Positions 1 through 9,285 are shown, numbered from the stretch's first letter. The stretch is DNA of 64,000 bases from Anaerolineae bacterium (GCA_034435555.1 DAOTXC010000006.1:1435-65434), one strand, 5' to 3'. The notes: generated by a model from the letters alone, not told the origin. Numbers and translations: made by a program.

Positions 1-1
1 C

Positions 2-1033
2 ACGCTCCCCTGGCTCGCCGCCGGCCTCGTCGCCACGCTGCCCCAGTTCCTCGCCATCACCACCGGCGTCAACAACGACGCGCTGCTCTTCCCGCTCCTC
101 TGGCTCTGGCTGTGGCTGGCGCTGCGCTACCTGCGCGGGGCCACCCACCCGGCACTGCTCGGCGGCGTGCTCGGCGCGCTGCTGCTGACCAAGACGACCG
201 GCTACGGAGCACTTCCCCTCGCCGCCCTGGCGATCTACCTGCGGGGCCGCCGCGAGGGCCACGACCGCGACGGGCGCTGGCTGCTCACGCAGGCTGTCGC
301 CATCTACGCCCCCGCGCTCGCACTGGGCGCCCTCTGGTGGGGACGCAACCTCGCCGTCTACGGCTGGCCCGACCTGCTCGGCCTCCAGCGACACGACCTC
401 GTCGTGCGCGGGCAGCCCCTCACCGCCGATTGGATCGCCCGCGACGGTCTCGGTCTCTTCCTCCGCGCCGCCCTGCACACCACCTTCCAATCGTTTTGGG
501 GCCAATTTGGCTGGATGGGCGTCGTGCTCGACTCGCGGCTCTACCAGGGCTACCTCATCCTCACAATTCTGCTCGGCTGGGGCGCGCTGGCCCGGCTGCG
601 ACGTGGCCCGCTCCCCCCCAAAGCCCGCGACGGCCTCCTACTGCTGGGCAGCAGCGCCCTCCTCACGCTGGCGATGTATCTTTACTACAATCTCGGCTTC
701 GTCCAGCACCAGGGGCGCTACCTCTTCCCCGCCCTGCCCGCGCTGGCGCTCGTCGGCGCCGGCGGTTGGCTGACCCTGGGCCGCCGCTCCCTGGCGACGG
801 GGACGGCGATCACGCTGGGCGCGGGCGCGCTCCTCATCGCCGCGCTGACCTGGATCGCGGGCGACCCGGCGCTCTGGCCCGTCGCCCTCACCCTCGCCAG
901 CGCGGGCGCGGTCGCCGGCTACGGCTGGCTTCCGCCGCGCCGCCAATCGTTCGCCGCAGCGGCGCTCCTGGCGGGCCTCGCGGCGCTCGCCCTGCTCTGT
1001 CTCTGGGGCTTCATCGTGCCCCAACTGACCTGA
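2..1033 (+). CDS. GT-C family glycosyltransferase (PMT/ArnT-like), C-terminal part; the 5' end runs off the window
   Basis: An open frame from position 2 translates TLPWLAAGLVATLPQFLAITTGVNNDALLFPLLW... with multiple TM helices, which is characteristic of the GT-C/PMT family. No start within the window. Stop at 1033. Confidence 0.5.
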   Translation, partial: TLPWLAAGLVATLPQFLAITTGVNNDALLFPLLWLWLWLALRYLRGATHPALLGGVLGALLLTKTTGYGALPLAALAIYLRGRREGHDRDGRWLLTQAVAIYAPALALGALWWGRNLAVYGWPDLLGLQRHDLVVRGQPLTADWIARDGLGLFLRAALHTTFQSFWGQFGWMGVVLDSRLYQGYLILTILLGWGALARLRRGPLPPKARDGLLLLGSSALLTLAMYLYYNLGFVQHQGRYLFPALPALALVGAGGWLTLGRRSLATGTAITLGAGALLIAALTWIAGDPALWPVALTLASAGAVAGYGWLPPRRQSFAAAALLAGLAALALLCLWGFIVPQLT

Positions 1034-1053
1034 AATCCCATCTGGAGGTAAAG

Positions 1054-1443
1054 ATGACCCTGACACCCGGCTTGGTTGGCGAAGTCACCCTCGTCGTCGG
1101 CCAGGAGCACACCGCCGCCACCTACGGCAGCGGCCTGGCCCCCGTCCTCAGCACGCCGCACCTCATCGCGCTGATGGAGAACGCCTCCCAAAAGGCGCTC
1201 AATCCCCACCTGGAACCTGGCACAAGCGCCGTCGGCACGCGCATTGATATGCACCACCTGGCCGCCACCCCCATCGGCATGACCGTGCGCGTCCGCGCCA
1301 AGCTGATCGCCGTGGAGGGACAGCGGCTCACCTTCCACGTCGAGGCGTGGGACGCCGTGGATAAGATCGGCGAATGCACTCACGAGCGTTTCATCATTGA
1401 CTACGAACGCTTCATGCAGCGGGTCGCCAGCAAACAAGGGTAA
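1054..1443 (+). CDS. hotdog-fold thioesterase (FlK/PaaI-like)
   Basis: RBS GGAGG lies 4 nt upstream of ATG 1054. The 129-aa product (MTLTPGLVGEVTLVVGQEHTA...) has a hotdog-thioesterase pattern. The 112..1443 track ORF is an over-extension. Confidence 0.6.
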   Translation: MTLTPGLVGEVTLVVGQEHTAATYGSGLAPVLSTPHLIALMENASQKALNPHLEPGTSAVGTRIDMHHLAATPIGMTVRVRAKLIAVEGQRLTFHVEAWDAVDKIGECTHERFIIDYERFMQRVASKQG

Positions 1444-1651
1444 ACGGCAGCGTCAAAGGCCGTGCGGCAGCCACTCCGCGCAAGCGGCTGTGACAAATCC
1501 CTTTTGGCCACAACGGAATACCGCACGGCAGGTAAGTGGCGCTCACGGCAGTTATCCCACTTGCATTTCTGCGCATTTTGGTATATAGTAGATAAAGCCG
1601 TGATGAGCAGCGCGAGACGTTGCTCAAGTGAGACCCGGCGAAGGAGTGGCG

Positions 1652-2311
1652 ATGAATACAAAACGCAAAGATATCCCCATTGAGGATCAGTTGGCTGCTG
1701 CAGAACTGGCGCTTGACTGCGCGCTCAACGATCCGGAGATTTTGGCTGCGTTAGCCGAGTACAACTACGACGAGGCGCGGCTCCAGATCGGGCAGCTGCT
1801 CTACCAGGCCGCCTTCGATGCACAACGCCAACAGCAGGAGCGTTACAGCGACCAATTTGCTGCAACCGCCGCCTTCAACGAGTCCTTCGAGCGCGCCCGC
1901 AAAGCCTTCAATCAGGTCCGCCAGCTGGCCCGGCTCGCGGCCCAGGCCAACCCCGACCTCCCCTTCGAGAAGCTGCAGCTCAGCGGGCGCAGCGAGCAGG
2001 GCTTCGGCGCCTGGCTCGTCCAGGCCCGCATCTTCTACGAAGCCGCCCTCGGCGATCCCGTCATCCAGATCCGTCTGGCCGATTATGGCGTCACCCAGCT
2101 GAAGATACAGGCCGGCCTGGAAGCCACGAATATGGTCGAGGCGCTCAACGTGGATCAGGAACACAAAAAGGGCGGGGCGCAGGCCGCCACCAAGGCCCGC
2201 GATATGACCCTGGCCGAACTCAACCAGTGGATGAAAGCTTTCCGCCAGGTCGCCGCCATTGCGCTGGAGGACAAGCCGGAGAAGCTCGAGGCGCTGGGCT
2301 TCAGCTCGTAA
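1652..2311 (+). CDS. hypothetical all-helical protein
   Basis: AAGGAG RBS 6 nt before ATG 1652. Upstream promoter-like TTGCAT-17-TATAGT and a rho-independent terminator downstream. No recognisable motif. Confidence 0.5.
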   Translation: MNTKRKDIPIEDQLAAAELALDCALNDPEILAALAEYNYDEARLQIGQLLYQAAFDAQRQQQERYSDQFAATAAFNESFERARKAFNQVRQLARLAAQANPDLPFEKLQLSGRSEQGFGAWLVQARIFYEAALGDPVIQIRLADYGVTQLKIQAGLEATNMVEALNVDQEHKKGGAQAATKARDMTLAELNQWMKAFRQVAAIALEDKPEKLEALGFSS

Positions 2312-2333
2312 CCCCTCCCCCACACACATATCA

Positions 2334-2374
2334 CCGCCCGACGGGATTCACCCGGTCGGGCGGTTCGTTTTGTT
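2334..2374 (+). terminator. rho-independent terminator
   Basis: ccgcccgac-gggattcacc-cggtcgggcgg stem-loop followed by ttcgttttgtt. Confidence 0.6.
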
Positions 2375-2515
2375 CCACCGATTCACCCATCCCCAAAAGC
2401 TGGACTCTAATGAATTTCTAAGGTTGCGCTTATATTTTTCTAATGCACGTTGTTTATGATGAAAATGTAAACCGGACCGCGAGTCCAGAATTCAGATGTA
2501 AAAAGGAGGTGCAGT

Positions 2516-2965
2516 ATGTCTATTTTACGTCGTGAACCCTGGGGCGAGATGGTTTCGCTCCGCGAAGCAATGGATCGCCTGTTGGCCGATAGTATGGTGC
2601 GTCCCTTCGGGGCCTTGGAATCCTGGAGCGGGGGCATGCCGGAGATTGATGTGATCGAAACCGACGAAGACATCATCGTCAAGGCCACCGTGCCGGGGAT
2701 CAAGCCTGAAAATTTGGAAGTAACCACGGTGGGCGATACAGTGACGATCAAAGGCGCAGTCTCCGAGGAAGAGGAGTCCGAGAAAGAGGGCAAGGTTATT
2801 TATCGTGAGCGGCGTCAAGGTTCCTTCTGCCGTTCGTTCACTCTGCCCACCAACATCCAATCTGACAAGGCTGCCGCCGAGTTCGAGAATGGGGTGCTCA
2901 CGCTGACCTTGCCGAAGGCCGAGGAGCACCGCCCCAAGGCCATCAAGATCAAGCGCAAAAAGTAA
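2516..2965 (+). CDS. small heat shock protein, Hsp20/alpha-crystallin family
   Basis: AAAGGAGG RBS. Alpha-crystallin domain with C-terminal GVLTLTLPK motif. 149 aa. Confidence 0.88.
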   Translation: MSILRREPWGEMVSLREAMDRLLADSMVRPFGALESWSGGMPEIDVIETDEDIIVKATVPGIKPENLEVTTVGDTVTIKGAVSEEEESEKEGKVIYRERRQGSFCRSFTLPTNIQSDKAAAEFENGVLTLTLPKAEEHRPKAIKIKRKK

Positions 2966-3145
2966 TCACCGAAAAATTGTAACTGCTCAGCTTGGCTCCA
3001 AGGGGATCGTCAGATCCCCGTCAAGTCAGATTTATCCAGGACCACATTGTTATAGCAGCCTGGAATTTGCTTGTGCATCCACGCCGGATCTGACGATCCG
3101 GCTAGAGCCTGAGTAGATACGAAAAATTACATGAGGAGGTGTGGT

Positions 3146-3583
3146 ATGTCTATGTGGGAACCGATGGGAGATTTAGTTTCGTTGCGTGATGCAATGAGCC
3201 GGCTGATGGAAGAGAGTATGGTGCCACGGCGCATCGCCCGTGCGGGCCAGCAGGAGCGCGCGTTGCGCATCCCGCTGGATGCCTATGCCACCGACGAAGA
3301 GCTCGTCATCCTGGCGACGGTGCCGGGGCTGGACCCCGACGATGTGGAGATCACGCTGGAGGGCGACACGCTCACGATTAAGGGCGAGCTCAAGTCGCCG
3401 TTGGAGAATGTGGATTATTTGATCCGCGAGCGCGCTTTTGGGCCATTCTCCCGCACCTTGCAGCTCAACGTGCCTGTCGAGGCCGAGCAAGCCGAGGCGC
3501 ACTTCGAGAACGGGGTGCTGACGCTTGTGTTGCCCAAGGCCCAGGCCGTGCGGCCCCGCGTCATCAAGGTGCAATCCAAGTAA
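3146..3583 (+). CDS. small heat shock protein, Hsp20/alpha-crystallin family (paralog)
   Basis: GAGGAGG RBS 6 nt before ATG 3146. Paralogous to 2516..2965 (MxxxxDLVSLRDAM..., GVLTLVLPK). Confidence 0.88.
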   Translation: MSMWEPMGDLVSLRDAMSRLMEESMVPRRIARAGQQERALRIPLDAYATDEELVILATVPGLDPDDVEITLEGDTLTIKGELKSPLENVDYLIRERAFGPFSRTLQLNVPVEAEQAEAHFENGVLTLVLPKAQAVRPRVIKVQSK

Positions 3584-3603
3584 ACACGGCCTGCTTACAC
3601 GCA

Positions 3604-3638
3604 CAGCGCAGAGCTTTTTAGCTCTGCGCTGTTTTGTT
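3604..3638 (+). terminator. rho-independent terminator
   Basis: cagcgcagagc-ttttta-gctctgcgctg stem followed by ttttgtt. Confidence 0.7.
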
Positions 3639-3658
3639 AGGGTGCTGGTTCGCGCCCG

Positions 3659-3790
3659 TTACCCAGGCAGAATGAGCATCACCGAAGTGGGCGTCGGGTC
3701 AATGCGCACGGGTGGGGTGATGGAGACGACAACGCTCAAGATCATGCTCAGCAGAATCATCACGGTGATGATGAGGAAGATGATCTGCAT
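3659..3790 (-). CDS. candidate 43-aa hydrophobic small protein (MQIIFLIITVMILLSMILSVVVSITPPVRIDPTPTSVMLILPG)
   Basis: Read directly from the minus strand. A single TM-like segment with a weak SD (aaaggg). Below the ORF-track length cutoff. Confidence 0.2.
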   Translation of the reverse strand: MQIIFLIITVMILLSMILSVVVSITPPVRIDPTPTSVMLILPG

Positions 3791-3921
3791 CCCTTTGCTG
3801 CGATAAGGTGTCTTACTGTTTTTCACGATTTTTCACTCCCTGACTATCTTTCACACCCCACATTATAACACATTGGCGCGCTCCAAAAAGCGGGGGACGA
3901 GTGATAGCGTTTCCTCTCACG

Positions 3922-5733
3922 TTACGGCCCCCTCAGCTCCAACGCCTCGGCGTTCCACAGCGCCCCCGCCGCCGAGCTATCCGGCTGTAGTCCGAGCACC
4001 TCCGGGCGCGCCACGAACCAATAGGGCCGCCAGGTCAAGAAGAGCGTGGGCAGCTCCAGCGCCAGGGCCGCCTGCGCCTCGCCCAGCGCCGCGCGCTGCT
4101 CGTCCAGGGTCAGCGCGTTCAAGGCCCGCTCGCAGGCTGCATCGTAGACGGGCGAGGCGAACCCGCTGAAGTTCTCACCCTCCCAATCGTTCGCCGCGCC
4201 GGGGATGCGATCCGAGCGCCAGCTGCCGCACAACGCCACCGGTTCGCCGCCCCAGCCGAAGAGCACCAGATCGAAGGCGCGCCCTGCCAACGGCCCCTCC
4301 GGATTGGGCGCGTAGAGGTAGAGCGCGTCGGCGGGCTGTGGCGTCAGCCGTATCCCGCACGTCTCCGCATCCGCCGAGATGTGCGCTGCCGCCACCATGT
4401 ACCACGGCGACAGGTGCAGCGAGAGCGAGAGCGGCGTCCCCTCCGCGATGCCGGGCACGCCGTGCGCCTCGCGGAAGCCGTTGCCGTCCTCGTCGCGCCA
4501 GCCCGCCGCTTCCAGCAACGCCTGCCCTGCGGTGGGATTGTACGGCGGATTGACCGCCGTCGCGCCGGGGTAGCCCGGCGGCAGGAAACTCTGCGCGGGC
4601 AACAGCGCCGACCCCGCCAGCGCCGAGGTCAATCGCGCGCGATCAATGCAGTGTGCCAGGGCTTGCCGCACGTCGCGCTCCGCCGCCAGCGAGCGCTTGC
4701 CCTCCGGCGGGGCAATATTGAAGTCGAGCCGTAAAAAGGTCGGGCTGACATCGGCCCAGAGCACCACTTGTCCCTGCGTCGCCAGCGTCGCCCACCGCTG
4801 CCAATCAATCTTCATCGCCGGATCGGGCAAGACCACATCGCACTCACCGCTGACCAGGAGCTGCGGCCACGCAGCCATGCTCGCCTGTGGAAAGCGCACC
4901 ACCAGCGAGGCCAACTTTGGCGGTGTGCCCACGTAGTAGGGGTTAGGGACGAGGCGCACCTCGCGGCCCCGCTCCCACGCGGTGATCATAAACGGCCCGG
5001 TTCCCACCGGCTCCCGATCCGCCAGCACCTCTTCCAGCCGTAGCCCCCGCCAGCGATGGCTCGGCTGTGGGGGGAAGCCAAAGCTGACGAAATCAGCCGT
5101 CAGGTAGCCAGGAATGCCCTCCCAACGCAACGTGCGAACGTTCAGCGCCTCGAAGCGCTGCGTCCGCGCCGCCAGCTCCGCCCAGCGCCCGGTCGCCTCC
5201 GGCTCCTGCGCCAGATGATAGCCAAGGAGCGCATCCTGAGCGGTCAGCGGTTCGCCATCGGACCAGCGCAGATTGGACTGGAGCGTGAATGTTACCACCA
5301 GCTGCGGCATCATCAGCGGCGCAGTGCCGGTGTAGACGAAGACTGCTCCGCTGGCATCGGCATAGCGGCTCCCCTGAGCAACTATCACCGTGCGCGTCAT
5401 CGCGTCGCCGCTCTCCAGGGAGGGGAGCCGTTCCAGCAAGCGCGGCTCCCAGGCGTAGCCCACCCGCTCGACCGACCCTTCGTAGAAGAGCGCCAGCAGG
5501 TCGCCGCCTGCCGTGGAGGTCTCGAAGGGGCTGGCCGCCCTCGGCTCGACCGAGCAGATGATGAGCTCCTGGCGCGGCGATTCCGGCTCCGGCGATGGCT
5601 CCAGCGCGGCGGTGGCCGTGGGCTGGGGCGGCATCGCTGTGGGAGGCGAGGGCGTCGTCGTGGGGCCGCCGCACGCCATCAGCCCCATGCAGCACAGCGC
5701 CAACAGCACGCCGATTCGTTGCAGCGCCCTCAC
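3922..5733 (-). CDS. ABC transporter substrate-binding lipoprotein, family 5 (peptide/nickel type)
   Basis: Likely GTG start at 5733 (VRVRALQRIGVLLALCCMGLMACGG, lipobox LMAC) preceded by GGGAGG. It overlaps the upstream stop in a GTGA arrangement. Large periplasmic SBP_bac_5-like body. The ORF-track 5' extension is GC artefact. Confidence 0.7.
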   Translation of the reverse strand: MRALQRIGVLLALCCMGLMACGGPTTTPSPPTAMPPQPTATAALEPSPEPESPRQELIICSVEPRAASPFETSTAGGDLLALFYEGSVERVGYAWEPRLLERLPSLESGDAMTRTVIVAQGSRYADASGAVFVYTGTAPLMMPQLVVTFTLQSNLRWSDGEPLTAQDALLGYHLAQEPEATGRWAELAARTQRFEALNVRTLRWEGIPGYLTADFVSFGFPPQPSHRWRGLRLEEVLADREPVGTGPFMITAWERGREVRLVPNPYYVGTPPKLASLVVRFPQASMAAWPQLLVSGECDVVLPDPAMKIDWQRWATLATQGQVVLWADVSPTFLRLDFNIAPPEGKRSLAAERDVRQALAHCIDRARLTSALAGSALLPAQSFLPPGYPGATAVNPPYNPTAGQALLEAAGWRDEDGNGFREAHGVPGIAEGTPLSLSLHLSPWYMVAAAHISADAETCGIRLTPQPADALYLYAPNPEGPLAGRAFDLVLFGWGGEPVALCGSWRSDRIPGAANDWEGENFSGFASPVYDAACERALNALTLDEQRAALGEAQAALALELPTLFLTWRPYWFVARPEVLGLQPDSSAAGALWNAEALELRGP

Positions 5734-6614
5734 GCGGACAGGGCCTCCCGCAGCCCGGCAAGCTCCGCCTCGGAGAGCACGCCCTCCGGGGTGAGCGGGC
5801 GGCGGGCCGGCCCAAAGTCGTGGCCGAGCAGCCGCAGCCCTGCGCGCACGGCCAGGCTGCCGCCACGGCCCACGTAGCGCGTCACCTGTTGGGCGCGATA
5901 CTGGCCCGCCCGCGCCGCCTCCCAATCGCCGGCGAGGATGGCCTGGCGCACTGCCTGCCACCAGCCAGGGATGAGGTTGCCGCAGGCCAGGATTGCGCCC
6001 GCCGCGCCCGCCGCCAGCGCCGGCAGGAAGACCGTCCCCCGCCCGGCGAGCACCTGAAAATCGGCGGGGAGCTTTTCCAGCACCTCCAGCATGTAGCCGA
6101 TGTCGCCGGAGGTGTCCTTCATCCCCACGATGTTGGGATGCGCCGCCTGCAAGTCCTGGATCACCTGAACCGGGATCGGCTGGCCCACCAGCTGCGGAAA
6201 ATTGTAGAGCAGGATGGGCAAATCGGGGACCGCAGCGGCGATGTCCGCGTAGTGGCGATAGAGGCCCGCCGGCGAGGGGCGCAGGTAGTAGGGCGCAACG
6301 ATGAGCGCGGCATCAGCACCGGCGGCCTGGGCGTCGCGCGTGAGGTCGAGCACTTCGTGGGTGGCGATGGCCCCCGTCCCGGCGACGACGCGGTGCGTCT
6401 CCCCTGCCTCCGCCACAACCGCAGCGATGGCGCGGCGGCGTTCCTCGCGGGTGAGCAAAGGGAAGTCGCCGGTGGTGCCGTTCACCACGAAGCCCTGCAC
6501 ATCTGGGGCCAACAGGCGCACCAGGCGACGCATCCCGGCGGGATCGAGGCTCTCATCCGCCAGATAGGGCGTGATCAAAGCGGGAAAGATGCCGGAAAGG
6601 TCAAGTTTTAGCAT
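5730..6614 (-). CDS. DapA-family class I aldolase (4-hydroxy-tetrahydrodipicolinate synthase-like)
   Basis: GTTGDF and Schiff-base lysine context MKDTSGD. 294 aa. CAGGAGG RBS. Confidence 0.75.
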   Translation of the reverse strand: MLKLDLSGIFPALITPYLADESLDPAGMRRLVRLLAPDVQGFVVNGTTGDFPLLTREERRRAIAAVVAEAGETHRVVAGTGAIATHEVLDLTRDAQAAGADAALIVAPYYLRPSPAGLYRHYADIAAAVPDLPILLYNFPQLVGQPIPVQVIQDLQAAHPNIVGMKDTSGDIGYMLEVLEKLPADFQVLAGRGTVFLPALAAGAAGAILACGNLIPGWWQAVRQAILAGDWEAARAGQYRAQQVTRYVGRGGSLAVRAGLRLLGHDFGPARRPLTPEGVLSEAELAGLREALSA

Positions 6615-6640
6615 GATGTCCTCCTGTATGAGTCAGCGAA

Positions 6641-7702
6641 TCAACGAGTCGGCGAGCGGTCACGGCTCAGGTAGAGCAGGAGCAGGAGCGTGGCTGCGCC
6701 CAGGATGCCCAGCGCGGCGAGTTTGTAGAGCCGCGAGGAGAGCAGGAGCGCCATGACGCCAAAGAGCGCGCAGAAGCCCCAGTAGCAGAAGACGATGGTG
6801 CGCGTCGAGAGGCCCGCGTCTTGCAAGCGGAAGTGCAGGTGGCGGCGATCTCCCTGGCCCGCGCGCTCCCCGTGACGGATGCGATCCAAAATCGTCCAGG
6901 CCACATCCACGATGGGCAGCCCCATCACCAGCAATACCGTCGCCACGCGCCCGCCTGCGATCAGCCCCAGCGCGCTGAGCAGGTAGCCGAGCAGGAAGGA
7001 GCCATTGCTGCCCATGAAGATGCGCGCCGGGTGGACATTGAAGACGAGGAAGCCCAGCGAAGCGCCCAACAACGCGATGGCCTGCGGCGCGACGCTGTAT
7101 TGCCCCTCGCGGAGCATGTGCCAGGCCAGCACCGCCGCCAGAATCGCCGCGACGCCGGCGGCAAGGCCGTCCAGCCCATCGAGCCAGTTCACGGTGACGA
7201 TCATCCCGGTGATCCAGAAGAGGCTGAGCGGCACGTAGAGCCAGACGGGCAGCACAACCAGGGTGTTGGTGAAGGGATTATTGAAGCGCTCCAGGATGAT
7301 CAGCGCGGCCACGGCGATAATCGCGGCGACGAAGTAGCCGACGTACTGCATCCAGGGGGGCAGATCGAAGCGGTCATCGAGGAAACCGAAGATGAACATC
7401 CACGCGCCGCCGAGCGCCAGCCCCCAGAAGCGCCGCACTTCGTTGGGATCGGCGGTGGGGATGGGCAGCAGTGCGGTCACCAGCAGCCCGCCGAAGAAGC
7501 CCGTCGCGATCCCCACCCCGCCGAGCCGCGAGATGCGCCCCTGATGCTTGCGCCGCCCACCGGGCGTATCAGCCAGGCCCCAACGCAGCCCCAACCGGCC
7601 CGCCAGCGGGGTGACGAGCAGCGCCAGCAGGCAGGCCGTCACGCCCACGGCCAGATAACGCGGCCCGTAGCCCTCCCACATAGCGGCAGCTACGCCCTGC
7701 AC
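6641..7702 (-). CDS. glycosyltransferase family 4, MraY/WecA-like polyprenyl-phosphate sugar-1-phosphate transferase
   Basis: Multi-TM protein with FLDDRFDL and NWLDGLDGLAAG motifs typical of the MraY/WecA family. Start uncertain: GTG 7702 or ATG 7681. Confidence 0.7.
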   Translation of the reverse strand: MQGVAAAMWEGYGPRYLAVGVTACLLALLVTPLAGRLGLRWGLADTPGGRRKHQGRISRLGGVGIATGFFGGLLVTALLPIPTADPNEVRRFWGLALGGAWMFIFGFLDDRFDLPPWMQYVGYFVAAIIAVAALIILERFNNPFTNTLVVLPVWLYVPLSLFWITGMIVTVNWLDGLDGLAAGVAAILAAVLAWHMLREGQYSVAPQAIALLGASLGFLVFNVHPARIFMGSNGSFLLGYLLSALGLIAGGRVATVLLVMGLPIVDVAWTILDRIRHGERAGQGDRRHLHFRLQDAGLSTRTIVFCYWGFCALFGVMALLLSSRLYKLAALGILGAATLLLLLYLSRDRSPTR

Positions 7703-7723
7703 ATTCGCCGCAGCGCGTGCAAG

Positions 7724-8359
7724 CTACCCGGTGCCGAACTGCCGGTCGCCCGCATCGCCCAGCCCCGGCACGATGTAGGCATGTTCGTTGAGATGGTCAT
7801 CCACCACGGCCAGGTGGATGGGCACATCGGGATGCGCCTCGGAAAGCCGCTGCACGCCCTCCGGCGCGCCGATCAACCCCATGAACTTGATCCGGTTCGC
7901 GCCCCACTCCTTGAGAATGTCCACGGTCTTGACGGCGGAGCCGCCCGTTGCCAGCATGGGATCGAGAATCAGGCAGAGGGAGACAGTGGGATGAATGGGC
8001 AAACGGTTGTAGTAGGCCACCGGGCGCAAGGTCTGCTCATCGCGGAAGAGGCCGATGTGCCAGACCTCGGCGAAGGGGATCATCTCCCAGATGCCCTCGA
8101 CCATACCCAGCCCGGCGCGCAGGATGGGGATCAGGCCGACGGGTTCCTTGAGCTTGAAGCCCGCCGCCTCCGAAAGCGGTGTCTGCACTGTGGCGGGCGA
8201 GATCTCCAGGTCGCAGGTGGCCTCGTAGGCCAGCAGGAGTGTGATTTCGCGGATCAACTCGCGGAACTGCTTGGGATCTGTTTTCTTATCACGCAACAGG
8301 GTCAACTTGTGTTTCACCAGGGGATGGTTGGAGATGTGTACTGTGGCTGGAAAATTCAT
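7724..8359 (-). CDS. upp: uracil phosphoribosyltransferase
   Basis: ILRAGLGM and [13 protein letters not shown]-binding motifs. 211 aa. GAGGAAGG RBS. Confidence 0.92.
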   Translation of the reverse strand: MNFPATVHISNHPLVKHKLTLLRDKKTDPKQFRELIREITLLLAYEATCDLEISPATVQTPLSEAAGFKLKEPVGLIPILRAGLGMVEGIWEMIPFAEVWHIGLFRDEQTLRPVAYYNRLPIHPTVSLCLILDPMLATGGSAVKTVDILKEWGANRIKFMGLIGAPEGVQRLSEAHPDVPIHLAVVDDHLNEHAYIVPGLGDAGDRQFGTG

Positions 8360-8463
8360 CGTTTACCTTCCTCAAAAAAAGTTTTAGGCGGAGGCTCTGC
8401 ACCTCCAAGCCGGAGGCATTGTACTCACAGGATAGAGATTGTCAACAGCAACAGGGTTTCTCG

Positions 8464-9285
8464 CTACCGCATCCAGTAGGCGATGAGCGCCTCCAGGGTT
8501 CCATCTGCTTGCATCTCCTGCAAGATGGCGTCCACGGCTTCGATCAGCGCCGCATCTGCGCGCCGCGCGGCCACCACGTAACGCTCATCGGTGAGGGGCG
8601 GATCGAGGATGCGCAGCGGCGCGCCCGAAAGTCGCGCTTGCTGCGCGGCGATGTTGTCAACGATGACGCCGTCCACTTGCCCGGCGACGAGCGCGGCCAC
8701 CGCTTCCTCGGCGGTGTCCCAGGTGAGGATCACGGGCGGCGGCGCGAGCAGGGCCTCCAGGCGCAGCGCCTCCATGTGCCCCTCGGTGCCGAAGACAGCG
8801 CCCAGTCTGCGCCCACTCAGGCCCTCCAGCGCGTCAATGGTGGCGGTCTGTTGTACCATCAGCACCGCGCCGGCGTTGAAGTACGGCTGGCTGAAGGCGA
8901 AATCCCGACTGCGCGCCAGATCGGGGTAGAGCGCCGAGATGATGAGGTCGGCGCGATTGACGGTCAGCGCATCGTAAAGGCCATCGTAGCTGGTGGCGAC
9001 GAAGTGCGCTTCCACGCCCAGCCGCGCGGCGATTTGGCGCGCCAGGTCCACATCCAGCCCCATGAGGACGCCCCCGCCATCCACGAACTCAAACGGCGGG
9101 AAGCTGGGGTCCATCGCAATCCGTAAGATTCCCGATGCGCGCACTCGCGCGACCGCGTCGGGTTGGCCGGCGCAGCCCGTCAGCAACAGCGCGAGCAGCG
9201 CCAGCCATAGCATCAGCCAGCGCGGGAGTGGGAGTACTCGCCTCACCACCACGTCAGTTGATTTCAGACCACTTCGTCCGCTCAT
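8464..9285 (-). CDS. amino-acid ABC transporter substrate-binding lipoprotein (SBP_bac_3)
   Basis: LLALLLTGCAGQ lipobox followed by a type-3 SBP fold. Start uncertain (ATG 9285, GTG 9246 or ATG 9213); the track gives 9315. Confidence 0.6.
   Translation of the reverse strand: MSGRSGLKSTDVVVRRVLPLPRWLMLWLALLALLLTGCAGQPDAVARVRASGILRIAMDPSFPPFEFVDGGGVLMGLDVDLARQIAARLGVEAHFVATSYDGLYDALTVNRADLIISALYPDLARSRDFAFSQPYFNAGAVLMVQQTATIDALEGLSGRRLGAVFGTEGHMEALRLEALLAPPPVILTWDTAEEAVAALVAGQVDGVIVDNIAAQQARLSGAPLRILDPPLTDERYVVAARRADAALIEAVDAILQEMQADGTLEALIAYWMR

Noticed and set aside
112-1443. 443-aa ORF-track entry suggesting one long protein
   Set aside because: The front part is an out-of-frame read-through of the GT-C membrane protein region. 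The real gene is the 129-aa thioesterase starting at ATG 1054 with its own GGAGG RBS.
2394-3145. Canonical heat-shock operators (CIRCE TTAGCACTC-N9-GAGTGCTAA, HAIR CTTGAGT-N7-ACTCAAG, CtsR direct repeats) upstream of the hsp20 genes
   Set aside because: None of these consensus sequences is present. Only the unrelated inverted repeats reported in the findings are present.
6821-8479. 552-aa plus-strand ORF spanning upp and the MraY-like gene on the opposite strand
   Set aside because: It covers two well-supported minus-strand genes including upp, and its composition is typical of GC-rich antisense frames.
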